DNA of 60,890 bases from Phoronis australis (lineage: Eukaryota > Animalia > Phoronida). The notes under the pieces are model-generated. The model was given only the letters and a program-made list of their open reading frames with translations, searched no databases and was not told the origin of the DNA. Where the stretch lies: assembly GCA_002633005.1 (NCBI GenBank), contig NMRA01000728.1, positions 1 through 60,890 of the forward strand, in the 5' to 3' direction. Shown here one piece after another: positions 12,561 through 24,290 of this stretch. Every line of letters starts with the position of its first letter. Within the stretch, counting starts at the first letter, position 1. A program made the position numbers and the translations under genes.

Positions 12561-14470
12561 AAATCCTCACCCTAATTCCTTCATTCACTTAATAAATTGA
12601 CATTTCAATGTTTCGATCTCCTGCTTTAACCACCGATTTGATTTTTGTTATCCATTTCTTACTTGGTTTTGCATCTGTCTCCCAGCAAGTGACGTGTACA
12701 GGCTATGTGTATAACAATGAACTGTGACCTATTTATACATTGTATAAAAGTAGGTCGAAAAGTCGCAAACAATAGTAAGAGTTAGCTGGGAACGGTACGA
12801 TTTAATGATAATTAAGTTAATAACGCACGGCAAAATCAGTTGACATTGCGAGTGAATGTTGAAGTAGCGAACATATTTAAGTCTTGTGTAGGTTATGTGT
12901 ACCGAAAGCAAGTTTTCACCGAATAATTAAGAGAAGACTTTGAGATTTTCATTTGTCCCAGTTTAATCAGCTTTTTCTCGGCTTCGGCAAATCGACTTTA
13001 TTTGAGGTTAGGAATACGAGTTCTCGAAAACGGCTCGGTGGATTTCGTTGAAACTTTCTAAATTTAATATTTAGTCAACAGTCTCAAAAACGCTGTTAGG
13101 ATTTTTGATATAAAGGCCTACTTTTGCCAAATAAAACAAAGACGAATACGACTTCCGTTTTTTATAAAGATACCTTACGTTTTGCGAGTTGATTTGTCAT
13201 AGAAACCAATCAAAAAAACTAATCGAAAATTCCTAAAAAAGCTTTTGAGGTAACTGGTGAAGTTTTTATTTAAAAAAGTTTCATTAAAATCGACCGAGGG
13301 GTTATTTTGCTGGGAATTTACCTTTCTTAAAAATAAAAAATGACTCAAAAAGGCTTTTCCGTAAAGATAATAATGGTACATTAATACAAATAGTATTTTT
13401 ATATTCCCTAATATTTTTTTCTTTCAGCAAATAGAAACTTTTACTAGTTGACAAAGCTTAGTTTTTTGATATACGAATTAGAATATAGGCAAATAAATAA
13501 GGTTGGAGATGACCTTAAAAAAACGAGCCATTTTTAGTATTCTGGTTGCTGGAAGTTATTACATGTAAACCTCGCTTGATTGGTCAGATAGTGGGAGACT
13601 TTCTGGAAGCAATGGGACTGATCACATGGGACTGATCACATGGGACGGGTGACTCATCGCTCCCTGGCTATGCCAGGAACTACTTGTCCGTGGCGTAATT
13701 AGCGTAGGAGAACATGATTTACTTTGTGAAAAGACCCTTTTACAGTATGTGATTAGACGTGATGTATTTGGAACTAAAGTAATTTTCCGTGTCCTCGAGA
13801 GGCCACTACTGTCTGTGATTCCACGTTGCTGTTTGAAAGTCTCCCATTGACATGATCCACAGTTGGTGATAGTTAGACCAGTGTAACCCAGCGACTGAAG
13901 GCTGATGCATGACTCCTGTGTGTTCATAGACGGTGCATCATTATAGCAGTAACTTTAGAGGTCACACGTTCGTTCTCATCACAAGTCATAATTTCATCAC
14001 CACTTATGTTGTAACAGTTAGCCTGTCCGTTCATACAGCCTACCTCTGCCAATGACCATCTTAGCCCTCGCAATGGTTTTCAAAATTGTTACTTTCCACT
14101 TCTGATTTTTCGCACCTACAGCGTTTTTCCTCTTCAAAACCAAGATTTGTTCACGTTGCATATGGAGTTCCATTTTGCATTTGGTACTGATAAGATAGTC
14201 ATTTGCAACTGGTCCTTGACATATATACTCCCTCTTCTGTTCAGTAGAATCTATTTCAGTGTGAAACGGAGCTCGTTTCTATCCTACCTCTCCCTCATGC
14301 GTGCACACTCACGCTTTCATGGTCTGTGTTTTTGTCACACATGCCAGCTAGTCTCGCACGCTGCTGCAGCGGGTTCCATTAGGTTTGCTCGAACAGCCAC
14401 TGCGTCGAACCATCGTTAGGTGACTGCTACTGTCTGCCCTTGTAGCCTTTAAACAATCTCTCTGTTGCAG

Positions 14471-14539
14471 TGACCACTACCGTTAATTCCACGACTACCG
14501 AACTGGTGGTCAGTAGCACCGTAGTCAATTTCACGACAG
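14471..14539 (+). CDS. Gene 1 Thr/Ser/Val-rich stalk exon (69 nt)
   Basis: tctctctgttgcAG acceptor, CAG|GTTAGT donor, phase 1-1, open: VTTTVNSTTTELVVSSTVVNFTT, with sequons NST and NFT. Too short for the ORF track. Confidence 0.7.
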
Positions 14540-16017
14540 GTTAGTCAATATTCGCATGGAGACTCTCGATGCTGGACGGAAAACTTTCCGACGCATGGAC
14601 TAGCCGTCGTTTTTGTTTTTCATTTGTCTTCCGCTGTTTTTTGGATTTGCGCACGTGCTCACATATGCAAACATCACGCTTTTAAGAGTGTTTTCTGAAA
14701 CCAAATTGTGCGGGGAGCTGGCTGGTCGATGAAGTAATGACGGTCACCCTCGTACGTTTTTCTGCACTGCTTTTGTGGCAAGTTTCATTCATTTTGCCTG
14801 GCACCCAGCTTTGCTTACCGCTCTGTTTGTAGAGCTATCAGGCGGCCTCCCTGTATTATTGAGGGATTCCACAATATTTGTACCATTCTGTTACTCGCAT
14901 ATTTTTCAAAAGAGTTGCAAAATTCACTGAACTATGCTAAGCCTCATCCAAGGTATGCAAAATGTTGCTAAGGAAATCAGTAGAAGGTTAATTGCAAATT
15001 TAAAAAAATCGTGACGAAGATTTCTTGTTGAAATTTATTGAATTGTTTGATGAGAAGTAACTGCCGTGGAGACACCTTGTCTGTAGTGTCAGTTTTTGCA
15101 GTTTCGTCCCTATTGATGTGCTAACACCATTGCTGACCCGACCTCTTGTTATAGTCTTCTGTGCCGAGATTCCATTGTATTTCTGTGCGTAGGAGGTGAA
15201 CAGCACATGTTCTCCTAGTAGTTCTAAAGCTTGGAAATGATTTGACGTAACGCTTCGATGAGATGACTACGCAAGTTTTACATGGATTGTTACTTAGATG
15301 CTACATTATATTTTATAACATGTATCCTGCTTGTACAGAGGTGGTGAAATATGAAAGTAACAGCATGACTTACTCGTGACGTAGTAATTTTACGTTCTTG
15401 TTTAAAAATTTTCTTGGCATGTTGTTGTTAGTGGTTTCGCTCTATTTCTGAATTTAACATCGAAAAGTTGTGTATCTAAAATGTAAACGATGCCAATCAC
15501 ACTTAAATTTCAAATTGGCTGCATTTTAGTTGTACTTATTTTTTACATTAATTTTTTCCTTAGTACCCAAGATAGCGCACAAGTGGACTTTCATTTTGTC
15601 TAATTTCTCATCAAAGATAATTGACTGAAAACGACTTGACTTCATAATTAGTACTGAACAGCGATCATTAAGGCAAAACTTTCTTGATAAAATTTCGATC
15701 ATTTTAACGATGTATTCAGTTTTGAAAATTAGAAAAAGTGTTATTTTGTTAATTGTATTTATGTGAAATAGAAGAGAGATTAGTGTAGTGTTAAACTGTT
15801 GACGTGCGTTATTTTGTTGGCAATCGGTTGTGCCACTCTGATGTAAAGTTTGTCTTTTGAGACTAAGAATATTTGTGTAAACAAGGCAAAGCGCTCTCTT
15901 GGGAGACTAAAGAACTGCAACTTTTAAGATAAAACGTTACTGAAATTGTAAAGCGTGCTAAAAACACTTCCATGAACTCCACCCCAGACATAGCACAAAT
16001 GCGGGAAACTGAACTTT

Positions 16018-16674
16018 GTTCTGATCCTTAATTATTTCTTTTGACAAACACAAGTAGAAACAAGGCGAAATGTCTCGCCACTGAAATGCACGCGTGTCCC
16101 AAGATAATAGTCACACTGTATTGAGAGTATGGGATATGTAAGCACCATAGACATCACATAGACCGGGCGCGAGCCACTCAGATACATGCAGTTCGCGTTG
16201 TTAATATTACGCCATATTGGAGAGTGCTACACCGGACAAAAATGGCGGAAAACACTGGGAGCCCTGCGACATCAGTCAGGAAATGCGGAGGCTCGCTGTG
16301 TTATGGCTGCAGCCAAAGAGTTAAGTTTTTTGGTCCTGTCATTGANGTTCTGATCCTTAATTATTTCTTTTGACAAACACAAGTAGAAACAAGGCGAAAT
16401 GTCTCGCCACTGAAATGCACGCGTGTCCCAAGATAATAGTCACACTGTATTGAGAGTATGGGATATGTAAGCACCATAGACATCACATAGACCGGGCGCG
16501 AGCCACTCAGATACATGCAGTTCGCGTTGTTAATATTACGCCATATTGGAGAGTGCTACACAGGACAAAAATGGCGGAAAACACTGGGAGCCCTGCGACA
16601 TCAGTCAGGAAATGCGGAGGCTCGCTGTGTTATGGCTGCAGCCAAAGAGTTAAGTTTTTTGGTCCTGTCATTGA
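16018..16674. repeat. 328-bp direct duplication across the single N at 16346
   Basis: 16018-16345 vs 16347-16674; I see one substitution. Confidence 0.9.
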
Positions 16675-17064
16675 TTCATGTTTTTTTTTGGTTCGGTCAT
16701 GGAGTTTAGTGGTGCGGCAACTAGGTTTTATGTTCTGCGACTAAATGCCTTGTTTCCACATCAGTCTCGATGATTGAGACCATAGAAGCTTAAATTATTT
16801 ATCACCATATGCTGTTCTCCAATGATGGTGCTGTTTGCTAATTATATGTTAGTAAATATTTGGTATTAATTACAATCATATGTATTTTTACTTGTCCTGA
16901 AAAATAACATACCCGAACTTACTCGCCTGAGCCATCAAAATCAGTACATCTAAGTAAATAGTGTATTCTGTATTGAAATAAAAACTCATTTTAGTCCGGG
17001 AGCCAAATGCTGTTTTTTACTTAACCTGGTTTTGCCGGATAAGCTTTTTCTGTGCTGCTTCATG

Positions 17065-20000
17065 TAGCCCAGGGTTTGTTAATCTGAAATCAGGCGGGTG
17101 ACCGTTCCCAAACCTTGAGCATTTTTTTAAATATGCAAATTAAGGTCGCCATTATGCAAAATTCTATTTTTGCCTATAATTTCCTTACCAAGCACTGCAG
17201 GCAGATTATTTTGACATTTTTCCCATGTTTCCATGGTCAGTGAATTTAATGGAGCAAGTTTGTTGGTGAATATTTTGTCAATTTGCATAATTTATGCAAA
17301 TTAAGACCTCACTATGCAAAATTCTATTTTTGATTATAATTTCCTTACCAAGCACTACGGGCAGGTTATTTTGATGCTTTCGGCCATGTTTTCGTGGTAA
17401 ATGAATTTAATAGTGAAAGTTTTTGGGTAGATACATCTTCAATTTCCATAATTTATGCAAATTAAGGCCGCCATTTTTCAAAATTTTACTTGTTCTAAAG
17501 CTATGGTACCAATCATCACAGGTGAATTATCATATTTGCTCCTATGTTTTTATGGTCAATTAGTTCAATGAAATCAGTTTGCATGTTGCTGCATGTTAAA
17601 TTTGCATAATAAATGCAAATTAAGGCCACCATTATTCAAAATTGCTTGTTGCTTAAACCTTCCATTCCAAGCACTGCATGTTACTTTAAGGTTTTCACCC
17701 ATGCTTCCATGGTCAGCGAATTTCATGGACCTCGTTTGCTGGTGGATCCATCGGGAATTTGCTTAATATATGCATAATATATGCAAATTGAGGCCGCCAT
17801 TATTCAAAATTCTACCTGTACTTATAGCTGAAGTACCAGGCACCCCAAGTAAAATATTTTAACGTCTTTACCCATTGTTTCTGTGAAATCAGTTTGCAAG
17901 TTGTTGCATGATGAATTTTCATATTTTATGCAAATAACGGACACCACTATTCCAAATACTGTTTCTGCTCTTAATTTCTTTAAGGGCGTTACATGTAGAT
18001 TATTTACAAATTTATCTCATGTTTCCGATAATTTACGCAAATTACAGCCACCATATTCAAAATTCTACTTGTGCTTATAACTGCTGCATCAGACACCAGA
18101 GGATAGTTATAAATATTTGCATCCATGTTTCAGTAGTCAGTGAATTTAGTGAAATCTGTTTGCAGAATCTCCTTTTTGATGAAGTAAGAAAATATTTTGT
18201 GTAGTGTGTGTTCTGCAGTTTGAGACCTTAAATTCCAAAATGATATTGCCTATAGCTCTGCGCTCTCACAGACCATAGAAAAGCGCAAATCAGTTTAATG
18301 ACTTGGGTGAATGCTGGAATGGGACTCGGAGCGATCAGTTTGTAGGGACCACGTTGATGAGGCACGAATACAGTAATGAGGGAATAGTAGGGAATTGCCC
18401 TCAAAGAAGAGAATCTTAGGTTTTGGGCACAAGTTGCCATTTGTCCTACAAGATTGAAACAGATCTTGGAGAGATGGAGAGCGGTAACGTTAGATCCTGT
18501 ACTAAAACTTATCACACGGAAGAAAGTAAGGCACGTCTTGATACACAATCCCAAGATATTGCACGGATCTGTCAAAAGTAGACACCAGCATCGATCTATG
18601 GGATCCCAATGCCCATCCCAAAGACGCAGTGGTGAACATTAGCATGACAGGATTTCCACTTCAACAGTTTACGTATATGAAACAATAAGCATGGGGCAGG
18701 TAATGTTATCAGACTTCAAGAAAAGCTGCCAGTACGTTAGGAACACAAGTAGGCAATCACTGATGAAGATCCTTGTCCCTTAATATAGTACACGGACACT
18801 GGAGACACCCCACGAAGAAGCTAGCTCCATTATCGTCCAACAGGACGTCAAGTGTTCATATGAACTTAACAAATTTTAGGTTGTTTCGGATGACAAAATG
18901 TATTTGTGCTTTTTGTGCATTACTTAGACAAGGAACAGCTTCGAATACCACAACCATGAAATCACGTAGTAAGCGTAGAACAGTCGAACACATAAAGTTA
19001 ACAGTAAAAACATGTAGCGATATAATTGTGAAGATCTCCTCCCAGCCCATGCACTGTAGAGTGTAACACGTTGGCATGCTACTGTGGAGTTGGAAAGGGA
19101 TCCATCGTTAAAATATTGAAGGCTGAACATGACCTGTCTGCCATCGGCACTAGTAATGAATGTGCATCTTTTCTGATGTCATGAAACGGGCCACTAAATG
19201 TATGTGCGCCTGTTCTGGAATGAAGAGAATCAGGAAGATGTTAGGAACCAGACTACTGGTATGGGGAAGAGAAATGGCAAGAAATGTATATCCGCACCCA
19301 AACTGTCCCCGACAACAGAGACTTCAAAGAGAACGTAAACGTAAACAGAGCCCATTACCGGTCAGTCATGTGTTGGAATGTCACCAGTTCTTGATCCAAA
19401 AGACTTTGGGTGGAAAAAGATGCCATAAACAAATCACCATCACCATATATAATTCCGCTTGATGTCCAACTCGCTCCTATTGCATACTAGTGATGATTAG
19501 GTGTGACTGCAAAGGTCAGATTTCACGAAATTCAAGTAGATACAATTGAAGAGTCAATTTTCTATCCCGCACAATATTTTGAGCACATTATACAGTAGTG
19601 TGCTCACGTTCCGAGTGTAAGCATTTGAAACGTCTTAGGACTGGTCTCCATTCGATAGGTTATTGTCCTGGGTTTATGCAATTAACCAATTTGGTCACAT
19701 ACTACTGCATATACCCTGGGTATCAGACAAAACTAGAATTTGCAATGTTGAGTAATAAATTACAGGTTATTTGTATTTATGATGTAATAACAGATTACAT
19801 TCAATTCATCAGTAAAAATACCAAAATAATTTGCATGTGGTGCCCCCCGTAAGAAAGTTACGAGCAGAAACAGAATTTTTGATAATGGCTGCCTTTATTT
19901 GCATAAATTATGCTAATTTATTGTGCAACTTGCAAACTGATATCATTAACCTAATTGACCATAGGAACTTAGGTTCAAATATCATGAGAGTTTACCTGTG

Positions 20001-20432
20001 ATTCTTGGTACCGCAGCTATAAGTACAAGTAGCCATATGCACAAGTAAAATTTTTAATAATGGCGCCCTTAACTTGCATTAGTTCTGCAAATTTGCATTA
20101 ATTATGCAAATTTATCATGCAACAACATGCAAAGCGATTTCGTTAAACTTGTTGACCAAAAGAATATAGGAGCAAATATCATGATAGTTCATCTGTGGTG
20201 CCTGGTACAGTAGCTATAAACACAAGAAGAATTTTGAATAATGGCGGTCTTAATTTGCATAAATTATGCAAATTAACAGTGTATTCACCAAAAAAAACTT
20301 GCTCTATTAAATTGGCTGACCATGGAAACATGGGTAAAACGTCAAATTTATCTGGCTGCAGTGCTAGGTAAGGAAATTTTAAGCAAAAATAGAATTTTGC
20401 ATAATGGCAGCCTTAATTTGCATAAATTATGT
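17065..20432 (+). mobile_element. Decayed Academ-type DNA transposon with long inverted arms built from about 160-bp tandem repeats
   Basis: Left end TAGCCCAG. Left arm about 17120-18170 (ATGCAAATTAAGGCCGCCATT units) is mirrored by right arm about 19860-20432 (AATGGCGG.CTTAATTTGCAT). The right terminus is missing. Confidence 0.75.
18450..19515 (+). pseudogene. Academ-like transposase remnant
   Basis: Across frameshifts: PHEEASSIIVQQ, VVSDD..VFVL, DLLPAHAL..CNTLACYCGVGKGSIVKIL, PTTE.FKENVNRAH, VLDPKDFGWKKD, LAP...MIRCDC. These match the Academ HEEAD / DTDV / HA.SGCDT...GK / LPPT...RA / GW / C.C motif series. Confidence 0.75.
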
Positions 20433-20711
20433 TGATTATGATTATGACTTTTAGTGGTAGCAGCAGTAGAACTAGTGCTTATATTATTACCAGTAGTATA
20501 AAAGTTATTAGAATCATAATTGTTGATGTTTATTGATCGGTTAACATTACATAGCTATTGATTTGATTTCACGCACATCCACACACGAAAAAAGTTTGAT
20601 GCCTCGTGACATGTTCCTTACCCGTGTTTTCCCATATCCTCTACACCTTCTTAGTTCTTGGCCCTCCGCACATGTGGCCTACATTTCTGAGTTTGCTTGT
20701 CTTTCCCACAG

Positions 20712-20855
20712 ATTGCCTTGCTCCTGTGGCTGCTGCCGGCCTCAGCCTGTGTTGGACCAGTGTCACAGTGGCTAGTGTCGTCCTCATTGTTCTCATCATC
20801 ATCATCATCATCATCATCGTTATGATCCGACGAAACCGCCAGATTGCTTACAGAG
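20712..20855 (+). CDS. Gene 1 transmembrane exon
   Basis: ctttcccacAG acceptor, AG|GTAAGT donor, phase 1-1. DCLAPVAAAGLSLCWTSVTVASVVLIVLIIIIIIIIVMIRRNRQIAYR; IRRNR...Y resembles neuroglian juxtamembrane IRRNRGGKY. Confidence 0.88.
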
Positions 20856-21844
20856 GTAAGTCCTGAGATTCTGTTAATGATCCACGTCGAGTAACACGCG
20901 CGTGGTTGTACAATCTATTAGAGTATTAACCAAATTCAGTCAACTTTCGTACGCGACTATCCAGTCATGGGCTGCAACCCTTAATTGTGTCCTTGAAGTA
21001 CATGACACCTGTGACAATTACGATAAAATAACACCCATTTTGGACGAAAATTATCACCGAAATTGAACTTTCATATTTTCCAAGGGTTTCTAACATTGTT
21101 GTGTATGTCCGTATTTTGTCAAAATACTGTGTGTTGGTAGTTATCATGTAGAACTTGAATATGGCTAAACGTTTTTTTGATGCTATTTGTCGTTTAGGGT
21201 TGTGTTCTAGCAAAATCGGTATGGTAGGGTGGAGACGGCAGTTGAATTAAAAATTTATGGGTGGTTGTCTTTTGAAGAAAATTTAAATTATGGGTGGTCC
21301 TTCTTGAAAGAAGTATATCCTTAAAAGTCGGTGGTGTTTTTTGTCCGGTAAATGTTGACAGGTGGGTATTTTCAGCCAAACACCGACCTCAATGCCTTCT
21401 GGAGAACCCTCAAAACTCACCAAAATTTAATTTACATGGCAGAACTACCCAAATACGTTGTACATCCAACAAAACAAGCCCACATTGCTAGTGCACAGTT
21501 TGCAATATGTACACTAAGTCATTATTCAAGTCATAGGCAACTTAAATGAGAAGACAAACTTTTTTCGTGTCATTTTGAGTAAACAATACGGTTCGTTGAT
21601 TATTCCATACATATGTTTCACTTAATTACGGCTCCGGAAGTTATGTTTAGGGGTTAACATTTTCCCGCCACTTTGTTTCTGCGTTTGAGTTTTCTGTGAG
21701 GATCTGTTATACTGTTGTTTTCGTCCTGGTTCCCTAACTTTGCCGTCACCACTTCCCATCGACGAGTATTCTACGACAAACTAGGAGGTTAGTGAACTGA
21801 ATTACGTAGTACTTTGAGATAGTTTAGTTTGTAGTAGCCTGAAA

Positions 21845-22070
21845 ATGTCTGGAATCGGCGACCCATATCAGACACGGGGACGTGGTGACGAGGAAGTTTT
21901 TCACGAACAGTCAGTGGGTGGATATAAGTTTGAGCCAGAGTTTAGTGAGGCAGAATACGTACATACAACTGTTGAGAGGCTAGGATGAAGCAGAGACTGA
22001 GGACAGACGTGGTAGGACGTCTTGTTCAAATGCACAGTGTGTACTGTGGAATGCATATGCTGTTCCCACT
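21845..22070 (+). pseudogene. KolX (P2X7-tail-like) N-terminal remnant
   Basis: MSGIGDPY...GGYKFEPEFSEAEY...GRL...CTCG after frameshifts, matching the KolX Y.FEP...RL...C.CG pattern. Confidence 0.55.
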
Positions 22071-22466
22071 GGACGGTGACTTGAGGACCCAAACCGCTTA
22101 CATCCCGCTGCGTTAGACTCTCTTGCCACAAATCGGCACCTTTTAAATAGCTCCAATACTTTAGTCAAGTCCACATTAAACTTACCAAAGTTTGGCTCAC
22201 CGGTCTGTTCACTGGACGCCGAACTGTCCTCCTCACTGGGTGTCGAACTGCGCCTGTCTTCACTCCCACTACTCGAAATCTCTGCAGGGCTGCTTACAAG
22301 CTCTAGGCTGGAGACAACACCTGCATAGGGTGAATCACTGTTAGTTCCCAGAATTGCACGCTCTGGAGGTACGTTTGGAGGTGCGGGTGACACTAGATGA
22401 AGGGGTTCCAGTTATTGTAGAATCCACACTTCGCTTCAAAGATGCACTCCTGGAGTCCTTCATCAA

Positions 22467-22685
22467 TTACGCGTACATATCTCTCTCGTAATGTGATGGC
22501 AGAAAATGCTTACAATAATAATTCTCCACTGCTTTGTATGTTGCCTGGACGGGTAACGCTGCGTTCTTCCCACGAACGAGCCAAGTAAGGGGGAGAGTGT
22601 CATCTTTCTGAAAGCGATATAATGACATACCCAACGTGCGCGTGAGACGATGAGTACATCTCGGTACGCAGCAACCGTGCGACGT
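22467..22685 (-). pseudogene. THAP domain remnant (Kolobok transposase N-terminus)
   Basis: ACG in place of the start, then SHGCCVPRC...SLYRFQKD...TWL...YCKHFLPSHYERDMYA*, a C2CH THAP signature. Confidence 0.8.
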
Positions 22686-23630
22686 GTTGACTGACTTCTA
22701 AACAAACTCAAACAATTAATGACTGACTCGACAGATCACACAGTCAGGCTTTATGAAAACAAAATGGGGAGAAATTCTTAACCTCCTAAACGTCACTTCC
22801 GGAGTAAGGCACGACTAATTAATAAAATAAGGAGAACCCATTATTAACTGAAAAATACGTCTGGGATAATCAACGAACCGTACTTTCAATAAAATCACAT
22901 GAAAAAGGTTGCCTTCTCCCTTAATTGCAAGCACATGTTGTACAGTCGTATTAGAATGAAAATTACTGCAACTATACTAAACCAGTGTTAACACACCTAA
23001 GAAAACTGATGAAATTTTTGATAAAAGATGAGGTGTCAGATAGACAAGTTGCAATATTCGGTTGGTGAAGCAGCCTAAAAGCATTTGTGGAATTACTTTG
23101 AGATTCGTAGATTCATGAAATTGAAAAAATGTTATTGAATTTTTCGGGTGTACCGCGATTTTACAATATACTGTAGATGCGAAAAGTATTTGGACAAAAT
23201 GACCCTGAATTCTCGGTCATGATGGCTAGAAGGAAGCTCAATTGAACAGAGAAATTAGTAAGACGGCTAGGTCATCATCCCGTAAAACTACATTGCCATG
23301 ACGGGTAGTTGTACTTTGTCTTGATTAGTTTTGCCACGCTCTAAAAATGGTGTATGGCCAGCTAACACAGAGCAAAGACCTTCTGCTCAAGTGAATACTT
23401 TGTCTCGCCCGTTGTTTCTGGCAGTATTGGTGCTACATCTCTACCTTGTGTGTTGAGTAAGGCCGACATATTCCCAGATGAATAGTTCATTTACGATACT
23501 TTGGTATCTATGTGACATTTCTGCTTTCGCTTGACATTCTGCGGCATAACTTGGGTGATTACCAGATTCGGGCGTGCTTTGTCACTTGAAACTATCGTCT
23601 AACTTAATGTCTCATTTTCAAATGACAAAG

Positions 23631-23698
23631 GAAAGAGAGCTGGCCACAACCAAGAACGTGACTTGGCTCAGACAGCAGATCCAATGCTTCTCTCGACC
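23631..23698 (+). CDS. Gene 1 candidate first cytoplasmic exon
   Basis: Strong donor ACC|GTAAGT but weak AAG acceptor. Open in phase 1: GKRAGHNQERDLAQTADPMLLST. Size and PM motif fit the equivalent L1 exon, but it ends in phase 0. Confidence 0.5.
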
Positions 23699-24100
23699 GT
23701 AAGTATTTTCTTATCTCTGGAGTCACATCACCAATAGTGGAAATTTCCCTCGCTACAGTTCTCTGTAAATCTGTATTGAGGTGTCGGGTATTTGCATCAA
23801 GCGTTGTGTGTTTGTCTTAATCATGTCTTATTGCTTTTGTTTAAGAAAGGCATGTTCAATCTACTTAAGCATTCACAGCAAATTAAAATGAAAGTATTCA
23901 TTTACAACCGTGACTTTGGAGTTTACGCTTCTCATGTCTGATGAACTAAAATTGAAGTCTCCTGGAGTTTGTTGTTATGACGCCTCCAATGATTTTTGCA
24001 GATTTTCCAGACAACTGGGGTACAAATCCAAAATGGGTAGAGGTACCACTTTCTATTCCGCCATTACATCAATGCAAGAGTGGTCACACATGAAATTCTA

Positions 24101-24290
24101 CATGCGCGCACAATGCCTAAAAATAGGGGGCTCGAGAATATGAACCTTTTACTAAGAAAAAACGGGGTACGTTCATAGCTATGAATGATGTTTTCGCCAA
24201 ATTTTGTCTCTTTTCCCACTTTTTCAAACTCTGAGGCGGACCTTTTTGCCCATTTCTCCCCACAAACACCTCCCCCTGGGTGCGAGCATG
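24101..24290. mobile_element. MITE, CATGCGCGCACCCAG family, opposite orientation
   Basis: CATGCGCGCAC...GTGCGAGCATG flanked by the 5-bp direct repeat TTCTA. Confidence 0.75.

Larger units (their letters stand above)
8279..13514. mobile_element. Kolobok-like element (TTAA-flanked TIRs) carrying nested insertions
   Basis: TTAA|GGTTATCTCAAACCTTATT ... AATAAGGTTGGAGATGACC|TTAA, 17/19 inverted match; an internal inverted pair lies near 13034-13110 / 13222-13297. Confidence 0.55.
21546..22920. mobile_element. Internally deleted Kolobok element
   Basis: TTAA at 21542-45 and 22921-24; long imperfect TIRs (GAGAAGACAAACTTTTT...TACGGTTCGTTGATTAT vs ATAATCAACGAACCGTA...AAAAAGGTTGCCTTCTC); convergent KolX and THAP remnants inside. 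Confidence 0.8.

Noticed and set aside
21980-22393. 137-aa Ser-rich ORF
   Set aside because: Low-complexity region downstream of the THAP remnant inside the deleted Kolobok; not a host gene.
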